DNA from: a virus
Strand: one strand, 5' to 3'
DNA length: 64,000 bases
Virus record (IMG/VR): IMGVR_UViG_3300022745_000020
Coordinates: 32,001-96,000 of that record
In this document: piece after piece, positions 8,940 through 18,526 of the stretch
How positions within the stretch are numbered: the first letter of the stretch is position 1
Layout: every line of letters begins with the position of its first letter
Notes under the pieces: generated by a model
The model's input: only the letters and a program-made list of their open reading frames with translations
Told to the model about the DNA's origin: nothing
The model's database searches: none
Made by a program: the position numbers and the translations under genes

Positions 8940-11132
8940 ATGCGCAGCATCAACAACTATTACACTCTGTACATTGAATCTGTGTTGGCGTTAGCTAAGA
9001 CCATGGTTATTAAACTCTCCGATCTGGCACAAGCCATCAACATCGGAGTCATGACCAATTACCCAACTTATCCAATCGATCTCACAGATCCCACCAGTTG
9101 GAAATACTATCGCAACATCAGTGGGTTATATCACCCCACTGATACCGTGATGACTGTCGTATCACTGGATGATCTATCCACGATTACTTTTGATAAGTCC
9201 ACTCTGAGGTCTCACCCTCAGACTAAAAAGGCCTATGAGCACGGAAGCACCTACTACAACGATTTGATCAGTCGCTATCCACAAAACAAAGTATTGATCT
9301 TAGGCATACTCTATGCGCCCGATGATGCATCGTTTTTGCAGTATGCCTGCGATTGCGATACAGGCACCATCTTGTACTACCCAGCTAAGTATGTGGAAGA
9401 CACTGAGCCGTCTTTGATGCTCAAGCTACAAGAGCGAGTCAGCATCTACTGCAGAAAGTGGATCAACCAAGGCTACTCACTTATCGATGACCTCTACCCA
9501 GCTATGCAGTATGCTCAATTGAGTTTGCATCTGGTACCTGCCATTATCGTCACTCGGCGCAGTCTATGTAAGACCTCTCAGGTGCACAGCTACCACATCA
9601 AGCAGTACCTGGCCTCTAATGGTCAACTCGATATCTATCTGAACTACCTCACTCGAGCGCAAGCTCTATTTCTGTATAGAAACTTAGCCTATATCAGAAA
9701 CAATGTCGGGCGAGCAGAGGTCTTTGATTGGCTGGTGCAAAACATCATGACAGCCAGAGACTTGCCACTGTACTCGTACACCATCAAACACGATACCTAT
9801 GTACAGCTGCCCGATGCACAAAACCCCAATCGCCTCTCATTGACCCCAGGCATCACCTTAAAGAGATCGGCAATTAATTTTCAAGACAGTGACGTCTTGA
9901 AACTCGACATCGATCTACCTCGATTACAAGTCAAGCTCGATACAGCTGCGTCTGGCAACCAACTCATGCGAGTGTACCGAGATCGCAATCTGACGCAAAG
10001 ATTCGAGCAAGCCAAATCCAACGTCACACTGTCTAAGGTCGTGGAGTCTAACGCACTGGACTGGAGTGAAGATCACGTCTATAGACTAGAGGATCTGCTA
10101 TTTAGCCAGTGGATGAGCACTGCGCATGATGGGCGCTATATCACCACCATCTCCCCTACGATCAACGGGGTGCAACTGGCTTCTGCACTGAGTGCTCGCG
10201 ATACCGCTATTTTATTTAACTACTGTGTCAACCGCATCACTGGGTCCACAGACGATCGCATCACGCCAGTGGTAGTGTCTCACTGTCTAAGATACCCCTT
10301 ACCTACTGGGCAAGAAATTGATGCACAGTACTGGAGACGCTATCTCAGTGATACGGATATCTCCGACATTATCTCTAAGATCCCCACTCAAGTCAATGTC
10401 TACAATGTAGCGGACTTCTACAGCTTCACCCACAGGCTCTACAGTGCTGTGCTGGACCAATACAAGATCTACAGCTACTGGAAACAAATCGATCACAGTA
10501 CAGCTGGGAAGATGCTCAGTTTGTTGTGTTTCGAGGATCGTGTCTTGGATCTAGCGCCTGCAAAGACCTATACTCAATGGCTCAACGAGAAGAACTTGAA
10601 CCTCTCGGATATGAGCAAGTCCCAGTATCTGGAATTAGCTTCGAGTATATTTGATCAGATCACGGGCTACAGTCTCTACAAGAGTCTATCGATCAAAGAC
10701 GTCCAAAAAGCCATGTTGGGCGTACTGAGCAGACTCAGCGCATACAGTACTTTGTTTATCGATGATGTCTCCTACCTACCAGTGACCACCGCGGGTAACG
10801 AGTTGATCAAGAGTTTCCCTTACCCGGGATTAGATGTCAGCGAAGAAGTCACAGAGATCCCCGTCATGGATCTTACGACCGTTCGCTCTTATGGGGATGA
10901 TTTGGATACACTGACCCTGCAGCGCATCATCCCCAGTGGGTTTGCCACTCAAGCCAGTGATAAGAGTGCTTTATATGAACATTTGCTACAATACTCCACC
11001 GATGGAGTCAGCAGTGATGTATCGGATACTTATAATCGATCCATCGTGATACTCTCCAGTGATGAGGATATTCTGGCTCGATATAATGCATTGTCTAACA
11101 GCGAAAAATTAGTGCTCAGCGGCATCTATTGA
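8940..11132 (+). CDS. Virion structural protein (phiKZ gp128-like, baseplate)
   Basis: 730 aa from ATG 8940; contains 'DPTSWKYYRNISGLYHPTD' and 'HSYHIKQYLAS...LFLYRNL.YI..NVG'; back-to-back with the portal. Confidence 0.7.
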   Translation: MRSINNYYTLYIESVLALAKTMVIKLSDLAQAINIGVMTNYPTYPIDLTDPTSWKYYRNISGLYHPTDTVMTVVSLDDLSTITFDKSTLRSHPQTKKAYEHGSTYYNDLISRYPQNKVLILGILYAPDDASFLQYACDCDTGTILYYPAKYVEDTEPSLMLKLQERVSIYCRKWINQGYSLIDDLYPAMQYAQLSLHLVPAIIVTRRSLCKTSQVHSYHIKQYLASNGQLDIYLNYLTRAQALFLYRNLAYIRNNVGRAEVFDWLVQNIMTARDLPLYSYTIKHDTYVQLPDAQNPNRLSLTPGITLKRSAINFQDSDVLKLDIDLPRLQVKLDTAASGNQLMRVYRDRNLTQRFEQAKSNVTLSKVVESNALDWSEDHVYRLEDLLFSQWMSTAHDGRYITTISPTINGVQLASALSARDTAILFNYCVNRITGSTDDRITPVVVSHCLRYPLPTGQEIDAQYWRRYLSDTDISDIISKIPTQVNVYNVADFYSFTHRLYSAVLDQYKIYSYWKQIDHSTAGKMLSLLCFEDRVLDLAPAKTYTQWLNEKNLNLSDMSKSQYLELASSIFDQITGYSLYKSLSIKDVQKAMLGVLSRLSAYSTLFIDDVSYLPVTTAGNELIKSFPYPGLDVSEEVTEIPVMDLTTVRSYGDDLDTLTLQRIIPSGFATQASDKSALYEHLLQYSTDGVSSDVSDTYNRSIVILSSDEDILARYNALSNSEKLVLSGIY

Positions 11133-11186
11133 ATCACTTACTGGGCATAATCGCCTTTATCTACTCACCCTCTCACGGAGTCTTTT

Positions 11187-12020
11187 ATGGAAAATGTGGT
11201 CCCCACGATCTATGGCGCGCACTTGCAGACTGCGCAATTTCATCAACTGCCCTACGTGGTACTACCTTACACCACACTCAACGAAAAACTGGGTGTGCAG
11301 TCCGGTGTGGCTCAGCCCACAGGATCCTACCCCAGTGTGAAGTACTTTGCTGTAGGCAATGGGGGACACTCCTTCACCTCGGGAGCCGATGGGATCCCCA
11401 CGCCCAGCCTGTATCAGCACGCGAGCTCCGATGCATCGCTGTTTTCTCAACTGCCGTTTGTCATTCGCGCACAAGGCGATGACATCACGCCAGCAATGCG
11501 CGCGAACTACGCACTGCGAAAAGAAATCACCATCGCAGGTAGCGCCTACATCGCCTACTACCTGCGCCGCATCGATATGTCGGCTGTGGCCATCTCACTG
11601 CAAAATGTAGGTGCCAATAACGCCATCACTGCGTTTACACCCACAGCCGATAACCTCTCACCCACCCCTACGCTGCTGTCCACCACCAACGTCAACGTAC
11701 TGGCTGATGTGTATCTGCGCTGCACAGCTCCTCTGTCGGTGGGAATGACGGCAGGTGAGACCACTGAGTTTCTCAATGCCACTCGACTGCTCTATGGGGA
11801 CGATAGCAAGGCGATCATCTCTGAGATGGCCATGTGCAGTGGCTATGATAAGACCATCACGATCACCTCTGGTGCAGGCAGCTTTAACTTCAATGAGGCC
11901 ATCTGTGTCCAGCCCGTATCATTCATCTCAGACTTCCGTGCGATGTCATTTAACACACTGGGATTTACCAAGCAGATCAACAGCGCTGCGTCGACTCCGC
12001 TGTACATCACTAAAGCTTAA
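11187..12020 (+). CDS. Virion structural protein (phiKZ gp127-like)
   Basis: 277 aa; 'TTLNEKLG', 'YFAVGNGGH', 'LPFVIR' and 'YIAYYLRRID' motifs. Confidence 0.7.
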   Translation: MENVVPTIYGAHLQTAQFHQLPYVVLPYTTLNEKLGVQSGVAQPTGSYPSVKYFAVGNGGHSFTSGADGIPTPSLYQHASSDASLFSQLPFVIRAQGDDITPAMRANYALRKEITIAGSAYIAYYLRRIDMSAVAISLQNVGANNAITAFTPTADNLSPTPTLLSTTNVNVLADVYLRCTAPLSVGMTAGETTEFLNATRLLYGDDSKAIISEMAMCSGYDKTITITSGAGSFNFNEAICVQPVSFISDFRAMSFNTLGFTKQINSAASTPLYITKA

Positions 12021-12031
12021 CTCTTCCAAAT

Positions 12032-12607
12032 GTGATGCTATACGTACCACCGTCTGAGCGTACAGTGGTGATCTGTGGGATAGACCCTGGCACCAACACA
12101 CTGGGCTGCGCGCTGCTGGAGGTGGATATCGACACACTGGCGATACAGTCCATCTACACCCACACCTATGTGGGAGAGACGCTATCGCACAGCGACAGCC
12201 TAGTGACTCACTATGGGGATCGGATGGCCAGACTCGATGCACTCAGGCAGAGCCTGTGGCACATCTTTGAGTCATCCAGACCCCTATATGTGGGATGTGA
12301 AGCCCCCTTTATCAATGTCAGACGCCCACAGGCCTATGGGGCTCTGGTCGAAGCCGTCGGTGCAGTACAAGCTGCCGTGATCGCCTATGATGTCAGGACC
12401 GTCTTTAGACTCGTGGCGCCTATGCTGGTGAAGACTGCAGTCAAAGCCAAAAGCAGTGCAGATAAAGACGGAGTATGGACAGCCATGCAAGCCATACCTG
12501 AGATAGCCCAAGCCCTCAGGGGGTTTCGCCCCGATGAGCACAGTGTGGATGCCATCGCAGTGGCCTACTATGTACTCAATCAACTGCGCACGAATCCTCA
12601 ATATTGA
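12032..12607 (+). CDS. ruvC: RuvC-like Holliday junction resolvase
   Basis: GIDPG, CEAPF and HSVDAIAVA catalytic motifs. Confidence 0.88.
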   Translation: MMLYVPPSERTVVICGIDPGTNTLGCALLEVDIDTLAIQSIYTHTYVGETLSHSDSLVTHYGDRMARLDALRQSLWHIFESSRPLYVGCEAPFINVRRPQAYGALVEAVGAVQAAVIAYDVRTVFRLVAPMLVKTAVKAKSSADKDGVWTAMQAIPEIAQALRGFRPDEHSVDAIAVAYYVLNQLRTNPQY

Positions 12608-12627
12608 ACTATATGCGCAGCATAGAC

Positions 12628-12661
12628 CCCTCTACACTACAGGCACCTGTAGTGTAGAGGG
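12628..12661. terminator. Stem-loop, 16-bp perfect stem
   Basis: ccctctacactacagg-ca-cctgtagtgtagaggg; no U-tract. Confidence 0.65.
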
Positions 12662-12706
12662 AGGATGGTTATATAACCTCTAAAGATAAACACCTAGGAG
12701 CCCAGC

Positions 12707-13384
12707 ATGAAACCCTTTGACTATTCTTTCTTCTCGTTTCTCTCCACGCACGACAAGCACCACCGTCAGCAGCCAGAGGAGCCGAGCGTGAGCCCTGAGC
12801 AAAAACCCGTCCACCGTTATGGGGATATGACGATCAATCCCCATGAAGTCGACTTGGCCAATGGTGGCGGCGTGAGGGTCTTTCCCGATAGTGTACCTCG
12901 CTACTATAACCCAGACAGCGCCTACTATAAGGCCATAGCCGCCTGCGCTCAGAAAAAGATCGATGAGAACACACCTGAGCCCACCACACTGCAGCAAATC
13001 ACTCAGAAAGCAACTGTTATGGCTCAATGTGTTTTGTCATGGCTGGCTCAGTATGCCTACTTGATCATTTTCTTGCAAGTCATGCTGGCTGGGTCGATCT
13101 TTGCTGCTCAAGTCAACACCTTAATGACTCAGCGAAACACTCAGCTCAGTCAACAAGCCCAAGCAATCGGCATCAAGACCACAGCAGTGGCTACAGCTGC
13201 CATACAAGCTAAAGACACCCAAGATCTCTCAGACATCGTGGGGCTCAGAGTACAGACCAAAATCGCACACCTCAATGCAATCGGTCAAGAAAATCAACAG
13301 CTGATCAACCAAGCCACGCAACTGCAACAAAAGATCTCAGCACTACAAGCTAAGATGAATAAAGTCAAAGATAGCACCTCATGA
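12707..13384 (+). CDS. Membrane protein with one TM helix and a Gln-rich coiled coil
   Basis: Hydrophobic AYLIIFLQVMLAGSIFAA followed by a heptad-like C-terminus; AGGAG Shine-Dalgarno. Confidence 0.65.
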   Translation: MKPFDYSFFSFLSTHDKHHRQQPEEPSVSPEQKPVHRYGDMTINPHEVDLANGGGVRVFPDSVPRYYNPDSAYYKAIAACAQKKIDENTPEPTTLQQITQKATVMAQCVLSWLAQYAYLIIFLQVMLAGSIFAAQVNTLMTQRNTQLSQQAQAIGIKTTAVATAAIQAKDTQDLSDIVGLRVQTKIAHLNAIGQENQQLINQATQLQQKISALQAKMNKVKDSTS

Positions 13385-13701
13385 AAACCAAACTCTACTA
13401 CAGCTTAGCCATCTGGCTGACACTGGCACTGCTGCTGGGATTATCATCTCACCAGTATCGTCAATCCAATCGAGACAGTCAGCGTGAGTACACCGCAGCA
13501 GCACATGCGCTGGACGTGCAATATGCTCAACTCATCCAACAAAAGACCGCACTCGAAGCTCAGATCTCCACCGATCGACAAAAGATCATCGAGTATGGGG
13601 CACTGATCAATGACATCGACGCGTACAATCGTCAACTATCTGCTTCTATCTTCTCTAACAAACGACGACTCAACAGTCTCATGCATCGTCAGCAAATCTA
13701 G
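13381..13701 (+). CDS. Small membrane-anchored coiled-coil protein
   Basis: N-terminal TM (LAIWLTLALLLGL) plus coiled coil; ATGA overlap with the upstream gene. Confidence 0.65.
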   Translation: MKTKLYYSLAIWLTLALLLGLSSHQYRQSNRDSQREYTAAAHALDVQYAQLIQQKTALEAQISTDRQKIIEYGALINDIDAYNRQLSASIFSNKRRLNSLMHRQQI

Positions 13702-13785
13702 CTGAAAACGTAACAGGGTGACGCGAATCCAGTGAGTGGGTGGGTATGCCACCCTCTATAACTTAAAAACGTTCAAAGGTCGCCC

Positions 13786-14022
13786 ATGGTCTCGCGTCGA
13801 AAACCCGTCACCAGTACAGAGACAGCCCTGCAAAGACAACGTTACCGTTTTATCTTATCGGTACTATTCACCTCCACGATTTGCTTGTCTTTGTTTCTGT
13901 ATGTGATCGCTCACATTTACTTGATGGTCACCAGTGACCACCCGAGTAATACCGATATCAGTAAAGATATTTTTTCGAGTTTCCTCTCCACACTCAAACT
14001 GATCATAGGAGCTGGTGCATGA
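13786..14022 (+). CDS. Small membrane protein
   Basis: 78 aa with one TM segment and an amphipathic C-terminus; ATGA overlap with the next gene. Confidence 0.6.
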   Translation: MVSRRKPVTSTETALQRQRYRFILSVLFTSTICLSLFLYVIAHIYLMVTSDHPSNTDISKDIFSSFLSTLKLIIGAGA

Positions 14023-14633
14023 ATCTATTAGAATTATCCGGCTTGCGCTTAGCTAGTGAGGCTGAGCAGAGCACTGGGGTTTTCAATGTAGAGCGTGAGC
14101 GTGTATACTACGCTCGACTCAAAGATACATCTGTCCTCAAGCGTGCCTATAAAAGCGAGTACCATGAGCAGTTTCAAGTCAAGCTCGAAGGTGATACGAA
14201 TACCCGTTTGCGGGTGAGAAAGACCATCGAGCAAGGTGACTTCATCGACTACGTGATGACGGTGAAAGTCGATCAAGATACTCAAGATGGAATCACTGCA
14301 GCCAAACAAACGGCTGTACAGGTGTCGCCAGATATGTTCCATATGCTGCTGCTGGCCAGTGGCGGTATGGGCATGCGCAAGAAGCGCTATCTATTTAGAG
14401 TAGATGGATTGCCTCAAGCACTGGAAGTCGATGTCTTTGTCGACGCACAAGGCAGTCCCACCAGTGATTGGGTAAAGGTCGACTATGAGCCCAAAGCCGA
14501 TGAAGCTCCCAGCCAGACAGATCTACTGACTTTATTTAATAGAGTCATTGATGGAGCTAAGCAATCTGTAGATGAATGTAAGATCATCGATCAACTCTAC
14601 AAGGACGTCTTCATCACGGACTTGAGGCCGTAA
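14019..14633 (+). CDS. CYTH-fold (triphosphate tunnel metalloenzyme) protein
   Basis: ExE motif (VERERVYY), RLRVRK, MTVK, RKKRYLF and LEVDVF. Confidence 0.7.
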   Translation: MNLLELSGLRLASEAEQSTGVFNVERERVYYARLKDTSVLKRAYKSEYHEQFQVKLEGDTNTRLRVRKTIEQGDFIDYVMTVKVDQDTQDGITAAKQTAVQVSPDMFHMLLLASGGMGMRKKRYLFRVDGLPQALEVDVFVDAQGSPTSDWVKVDYEPKADEAPSQTDLLTLFNRVIDGAKQSVDECKIIDQLYKDVFITDLRP

Positions 14634-14652
14634 GTTCCCATACAGTCACCAT

Positions 14653-14704
14653 GAGCTTACACGACTGAAGATGGTCGTGTAAGCTCTCACTTTTTTCTTT
14701 TTTC
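14653..14704 (+). terminator. Intrinsic terminator-like hairpin with T-tract
   Basis: gagcttacacgac...gtcgtgtaagctc followed by ttttttctttttt. Confidence 0.75.
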
Positions 14705-14750
14705 TCCCACTCCTTTTAAATCGATTGACATAGACACTAGGAGCTCTACG

Positions 14751-16904
14751 ATGCACCGTTTTCAATCCAGAGATGGACAGCCTTATAACTTCACCGATGG
14801 CTTAGTAATCAAAGATATCGATCTGTCTGGAGATCAGGGCTTTAAAGCCATCTCCATGAAGATCAAGTCCAGTGATGTAGCGCCCACTACGTTGTATGAC
14901 TGGATGAATGCCTATACCAGTAAGCATGTAGACAGCATATCGCCCTACGACAAAGGTGCTAAGGGGGATGGCTCTGCCGATGATGTGGCTTTACAGGCCT
15001 GGCTCGATGCCATCGGCACCGACACCCCTGGTGCTGGTAAGGTGGGCATACTCCCAGATGGGATCTTTCGCCACTACACCAAGCTCATCTTTAATAAGCA
15101 GTATTATTACATCAGGGGTGCTGGGGCACTGAATTCCATCCTCAAGGGACCTGGCTTTGCGCTCAAAGCCAACAAGCTCTATCTGAGCATCAACGCACAG
15201 GACTTCACAGTCGATACGACCGATCACCAGACTCAGGTGTCGTTTACGGGCAGCATCTCCGGCAACATCTTAACGGTCACCAGCGCCCCCACAGGACCCT
15301 TGACGGTTAATGCACGGCTGTCCATCCCCGTGGAGAGTGACTATACAAACATCTACATCACTGAGTTTGTCACCGGCACGGGTGGAGTGGGTACCTATCG
15401 CACGAACAAAATGGCCACGTCCACAGACAGTTATCCGGGTGGTACGACCTTCTTAGCCACCAGTGGACCATCGCCGATCGATGTCTCGGGCACTGCCCAG
15501 TATATCTTGAACTCCTCGTTCACAAACCTGACACTCAATGGCGTAGAGCACGCCATCACGTGCCCTAACTTCACCAACTCCATCCTCAACAACTGCTCAC
15601 TCAGCAGCAAGACACTGGCTCCTGCTTTGCTGTATATGCAAGGTGGTAGTGAATTGAGGAGAGTCCAAGTCGGTGCCATCCCCTCATCTATGCCCGGCTT
15701 TAGACTGTATGGGCGAGGTGTACTCAATGCCTGTCAGGGTGATACCTCTGTCGATACGACCAAGACCAATACGTTTTTTGCCATCGTGGGCTCTAACCCT
15801 CTGAGTAAGAATTACTCACGTGACTTACTCTCTAATTTAAATGACAGTCCCGATTTCATCTTTAACGATTGTCTCATCAGTAACTTCGCTCATGCCGGTA
15901 TCGTAGTAGATGGGGTGTGGCGGCGCATCGATGTCATCGGTGGGGGGTTTGATCGCACCTTGCGCACGGACAGCTATGGTGCGGCGATGATCTTCACTTG
16001 TGGCCCTGTCTCTGCTGGTGTCACATCAACATTTAACCCCAGTACTTTCAATATGGGCACTGGGACTTTGGTTGTTAGTTCCCTGTTTGATATGCCCGGT
16101 GCTAAGAGTGCGTATATCAACAAAAAGAAGAACGTCGGCAACACCTTCGATACCCATGTCATCGATCGATCTGGTTATGTACCAGTGGTCACTAATGAGG
16201 GCACCTATCAGCAAAGTATCGAAGCCTTTGGTGCGACCATCAGCTCCGATATTGGATCGGCTTATCAGATCAGCAGGTTCACTTCTCGTGTGAACCACAT
16301 CCAGGTCAATTGCTACATCTCTAAGGCTGCGGCGATTTCAGGCACCGCCGCTACACTGGACGTGACGGGTTACAGTAAAATCCTCCTCAGTGGGGCTGCG
16401 GGATCTAAGCTCAGTAAAGCTTCGTTTATTGATGCATCTAATGCAGAGTATGATGCAGCGGGTAAACCCATCGTAGCGAAATTTACAGGCGATATCACCA
16501 ATGGTACTGTGGGTGTGGCCGGCACGACACTGAACGTGACCTCATTGACTTCAGGCACCATCATGATCGGCACCGCCGTCATAGGTGCGGGAGTTGCTGC
16601 TAACACTTATGTGAGTGGCTATCTCACTGGCACGGGTGGAGTGGGTACCTATACAGTATCGATCTCTCAGCTGGCTAGCAGTGGCGGCAATACCTGGACA
16701 TGCTATCACCCCAATGGCAACGATACAGCGCGCAACGGTGAGCTGGTCATCGAGTTTGCTGATACGAATTGCAAGATCGCTCACTCTACCACAGGGGTAT
16801 ACACCTTCAGACTCACTGCTGGGGTGGACTATACACCTGCATATGCAGGAGCAGTAATCGCCTTCAGATGGTCTGAGACACTGCGACAGTTCGTGCAGCA
16901 ATAA
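14751..16904 (+). CDS. Tailspike / depolymerase with pectate-lyase-3-like beta-helix
   Basis: 'PYDKGAKGDGSADDVALQAWLDA...LPDGIF' beta-helix start. The N-terminal anchor is shared with the 35221 gene, and there are two 'FTG.I...TL.VTS...TGTGGVGTY' inserts. Confidence 0.7.
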   Translation: MHRFQSRDGQPYNFTDGLVIKDIDLSGDQGFKAISMKIKSSDVAPTTLYDWMNAYTSKHVDSISPYDKGAKGDGSADDVALQAWLDAIGTDTPGAGKVGILPDGIFRHYTKLIFNKQYYYIRGAGALNSILKGPGFALKANKLYLSINAQDFTVDTTDHQTQVSFTGSISGNILTVTSAPTGPLTVNARLSIPVESDYTNIYITEFVTGTGGVGTYRTNKMATSTDSYPGGTTFLATSGPSPIDVSGTAQYILNSSFTNLTLNGVEHAITCPNFTNSILNNCSLSSKTLAPALLYMQGGSELRRVQVGAIPSSMPGFRLYGRGVLNACQGDTSVDTTKTNTFFAIVGSNPLSKNYSRDLLSNLNDSPDFIFNDCLISNFAHAGIVVDGVWRRIDVIGGGFDRTLRTDSYGAAMIFTCGPVSAGVTSTFNPSTFNMGTGTLVVSSLFDMPGAKSAYINKKKNVGNTFDTHVIDRSGYVPVVTNEGTYQQSIEAFGATISSDIGSAYQISRFTSRVNHIQVNCYISKAAAISGTAATLDVTGYSKILLSGAAGSKLSKASFIDASNAEYDAAGKPIVAKFTGDITNGTVGVAGTTLNVTSLTSGTIMIGTAVIGAGVAANTYVSGYLTGTGGVGTYTVSISQLASSGGNTWTCYHPNGNDTARNGELVIEFADTNCKIAHSTTGVYTFRLTAGVDYTPAYAGAVIAFRWSETLRQFVQQ

Positions 16905-16919
16905 CCCAAGCATATGCGC

Positions 16920-16957
16920 TCTACACCGATACAGGCAAGCCCCTGTATCGGTGTAGA
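16920..16957. terminator. Stem-loop, 16-bp stem, flanked by CATA and TATG
   Basis: tctacaccgatacagg-caagcc-cctgtatcggtgtaga. Confidence 0.7.
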
Positions 16958-17058
16958 CGTATGTATTTTTATAGCCGAATCATTTGAGCTATTGACCATT
17001 AGGGTGGATATGGAGCGTTTCCACATCCGTGATACCCATTTCTACAAAAGGAATCGCT

Positions 17059-18483
17059 ATGACTTATACACTGGACGTCACGGGTTCGTCCATCGAGAAT
17101 AAGATTCTCGGTGACAGCGTAAGCGTCACGCCGATCGCATCCGGGTATCAACGAGTGATCCCCCTGACAGGTCCGTTTTTTGAGCAAGATTGTGTGGTGA
17201 GATATACCCCAGTCAGTGGAGCTCGCCGTACACTGGTTAAGGATGTAGACTACTATCTGGGATACCCCTATATCGCTGCGAGTAATGCATGTAAGCTGGC
17301 TATATATGGAGCCATCGTACTCGTAGATCCATCTACAAATGGCACCATCACCTACAGCGTACAGACCCTCGGTGGTGACTATGAAATCACCAACACCAAG
17401 GTATCGCTCATCCTGACTGGAGAGACCAGAGACCCCACCATCACCAGCTGGGAGATGGTCAACACCGCCCGCAACTATGCGCTGGCTGTATTTCCGGTGG
17501 TGGATTATGCGTACACACGAGCCAGTAGTGTAGAGTTTCGAAAGATGGTGGATCTGCTCGATGAAGCAGGTTTGTCTATCCACCTGCGCCCGACATTTTT
17601 ACCTACACCTGGCGATACAGTCTATATCCCTACAGCTGCTGAGGTGGGCTTAGGTAACGTCAGCAACTACCGAACCGCCACCAGTGTCGAAGCTGCTGCT
17701 GGGCTGGCCGATAATTTGCTGGTGACTCCTGCGGGTGTACGGTCCTGTTTGGTGAATCAGCTGACCACCATGCTCAGTGCGATGGGGTATCAACTACCTA
17801 TCACTTATGCAGGCTCTCTGGTGGTGAGTAACAGCACTCAACTCTACACCTACGATGGTGACACGTACGCAGCACGCACAGGAACAACCCCGTTTACTAC
17901 GTCTGGATCGTTCGAGTATGACAAGTTCATGCTGGTCAACGCCACCAAGCGCGATAGCTGGGTGAGTCAGACTTACACCATCACGGGCACTGAGAGTAAA
18001 AACGCTCTGGGTGATACCATCATCCCCATCACTGCTGCAGTGATCAAGTGTGCTGTCAAGATCCGAGTGATCCTCAACAGCATCTGTGAGCTCGTGCGGG
18101 AAGTCGATGTCAAACTCGATGGAAATAACTTACTGGTCAACTACCCCCTATCGGTGGGTGACAGCATTTGCATCAAAATCAAGCAGCTCAAGAGTCGCGC
18201 CAGTGATGCCCGCAGTTACAGCAAGAGCTTTGCTGTGACTAATACAGCCACGTCCTATACACTGACCGATCTGCAGGGCATCAACCCCTCTGACTTGGAA
18301 GTCAGACTCAACGATGTATTCATCTTAGATGCCAACGTAGGGGATTATTCCATCAATGGTACTGCACTGTCGATCAATTTCCCCAAAGCCATCGGAGACA
18401 CGATTGAGGTGCAAGATATCGACTCCATCCCTCAGATAGGCATACAGTCTCTGCGCAGTATCACCTATAGTACTGTGGCGTAA
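17059..18483 (+). CDS. Baseplate / tail-fibre anchoring protein (phiKZ gp130/gp145-146 family)
   Basis: ATG 17059 follows AAAAGGA; N-terminal 'LDVTG...N.I..E/D...GPFF' domain and the fibre repeat 'TAAEVGLGNVSNY...LLVTPAGV'. Confidence 0.65.
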   Translation: MTYTLDVTGSSIENKILGDSVSVTPIASGYQRVIPLTGPFFEQDCVVRYTPVSGARRTLVKDVDYYLGYPYIAASNACKLAIYGAIVLVDPSTNGTITYSVQTLGGDYEITNTKVSLILTGETRDPTITSWEMVNTARNYALAVFPVVDYAYTRASSVEFRKMVDLLDEAGLSIHLRPTFLPTPGDTVYIPTAAEVGLGNVSNYRTATSVEAAAGLADNLLVTPAGVRSCLVNQLTTMLSAMGYQLPITYAGSLVVSNSTQLYTYDGDTYAARTGTTPFTTSGSFEYDKFMLVNATKRDSWVSQTYTITGTESKNALGDTIIPITAAVIKCAVKIRVILNSICELVREVDVKLDGNNLLVNYPLSVGDSICIKIKQLKSRASDARSYSKSFAVTNTATSYTLTDLQGINPSDLEVRLNDVFILDANVGDYSINGTALSINFPKAIGDTIEVQDIDSIPQIGIQSLRSITYSTVA

Positions 18484-18526
18484 ATAGATAAACATCCAAC
18501 CGTAAAAGCCCAAGAGGATAGACGTT

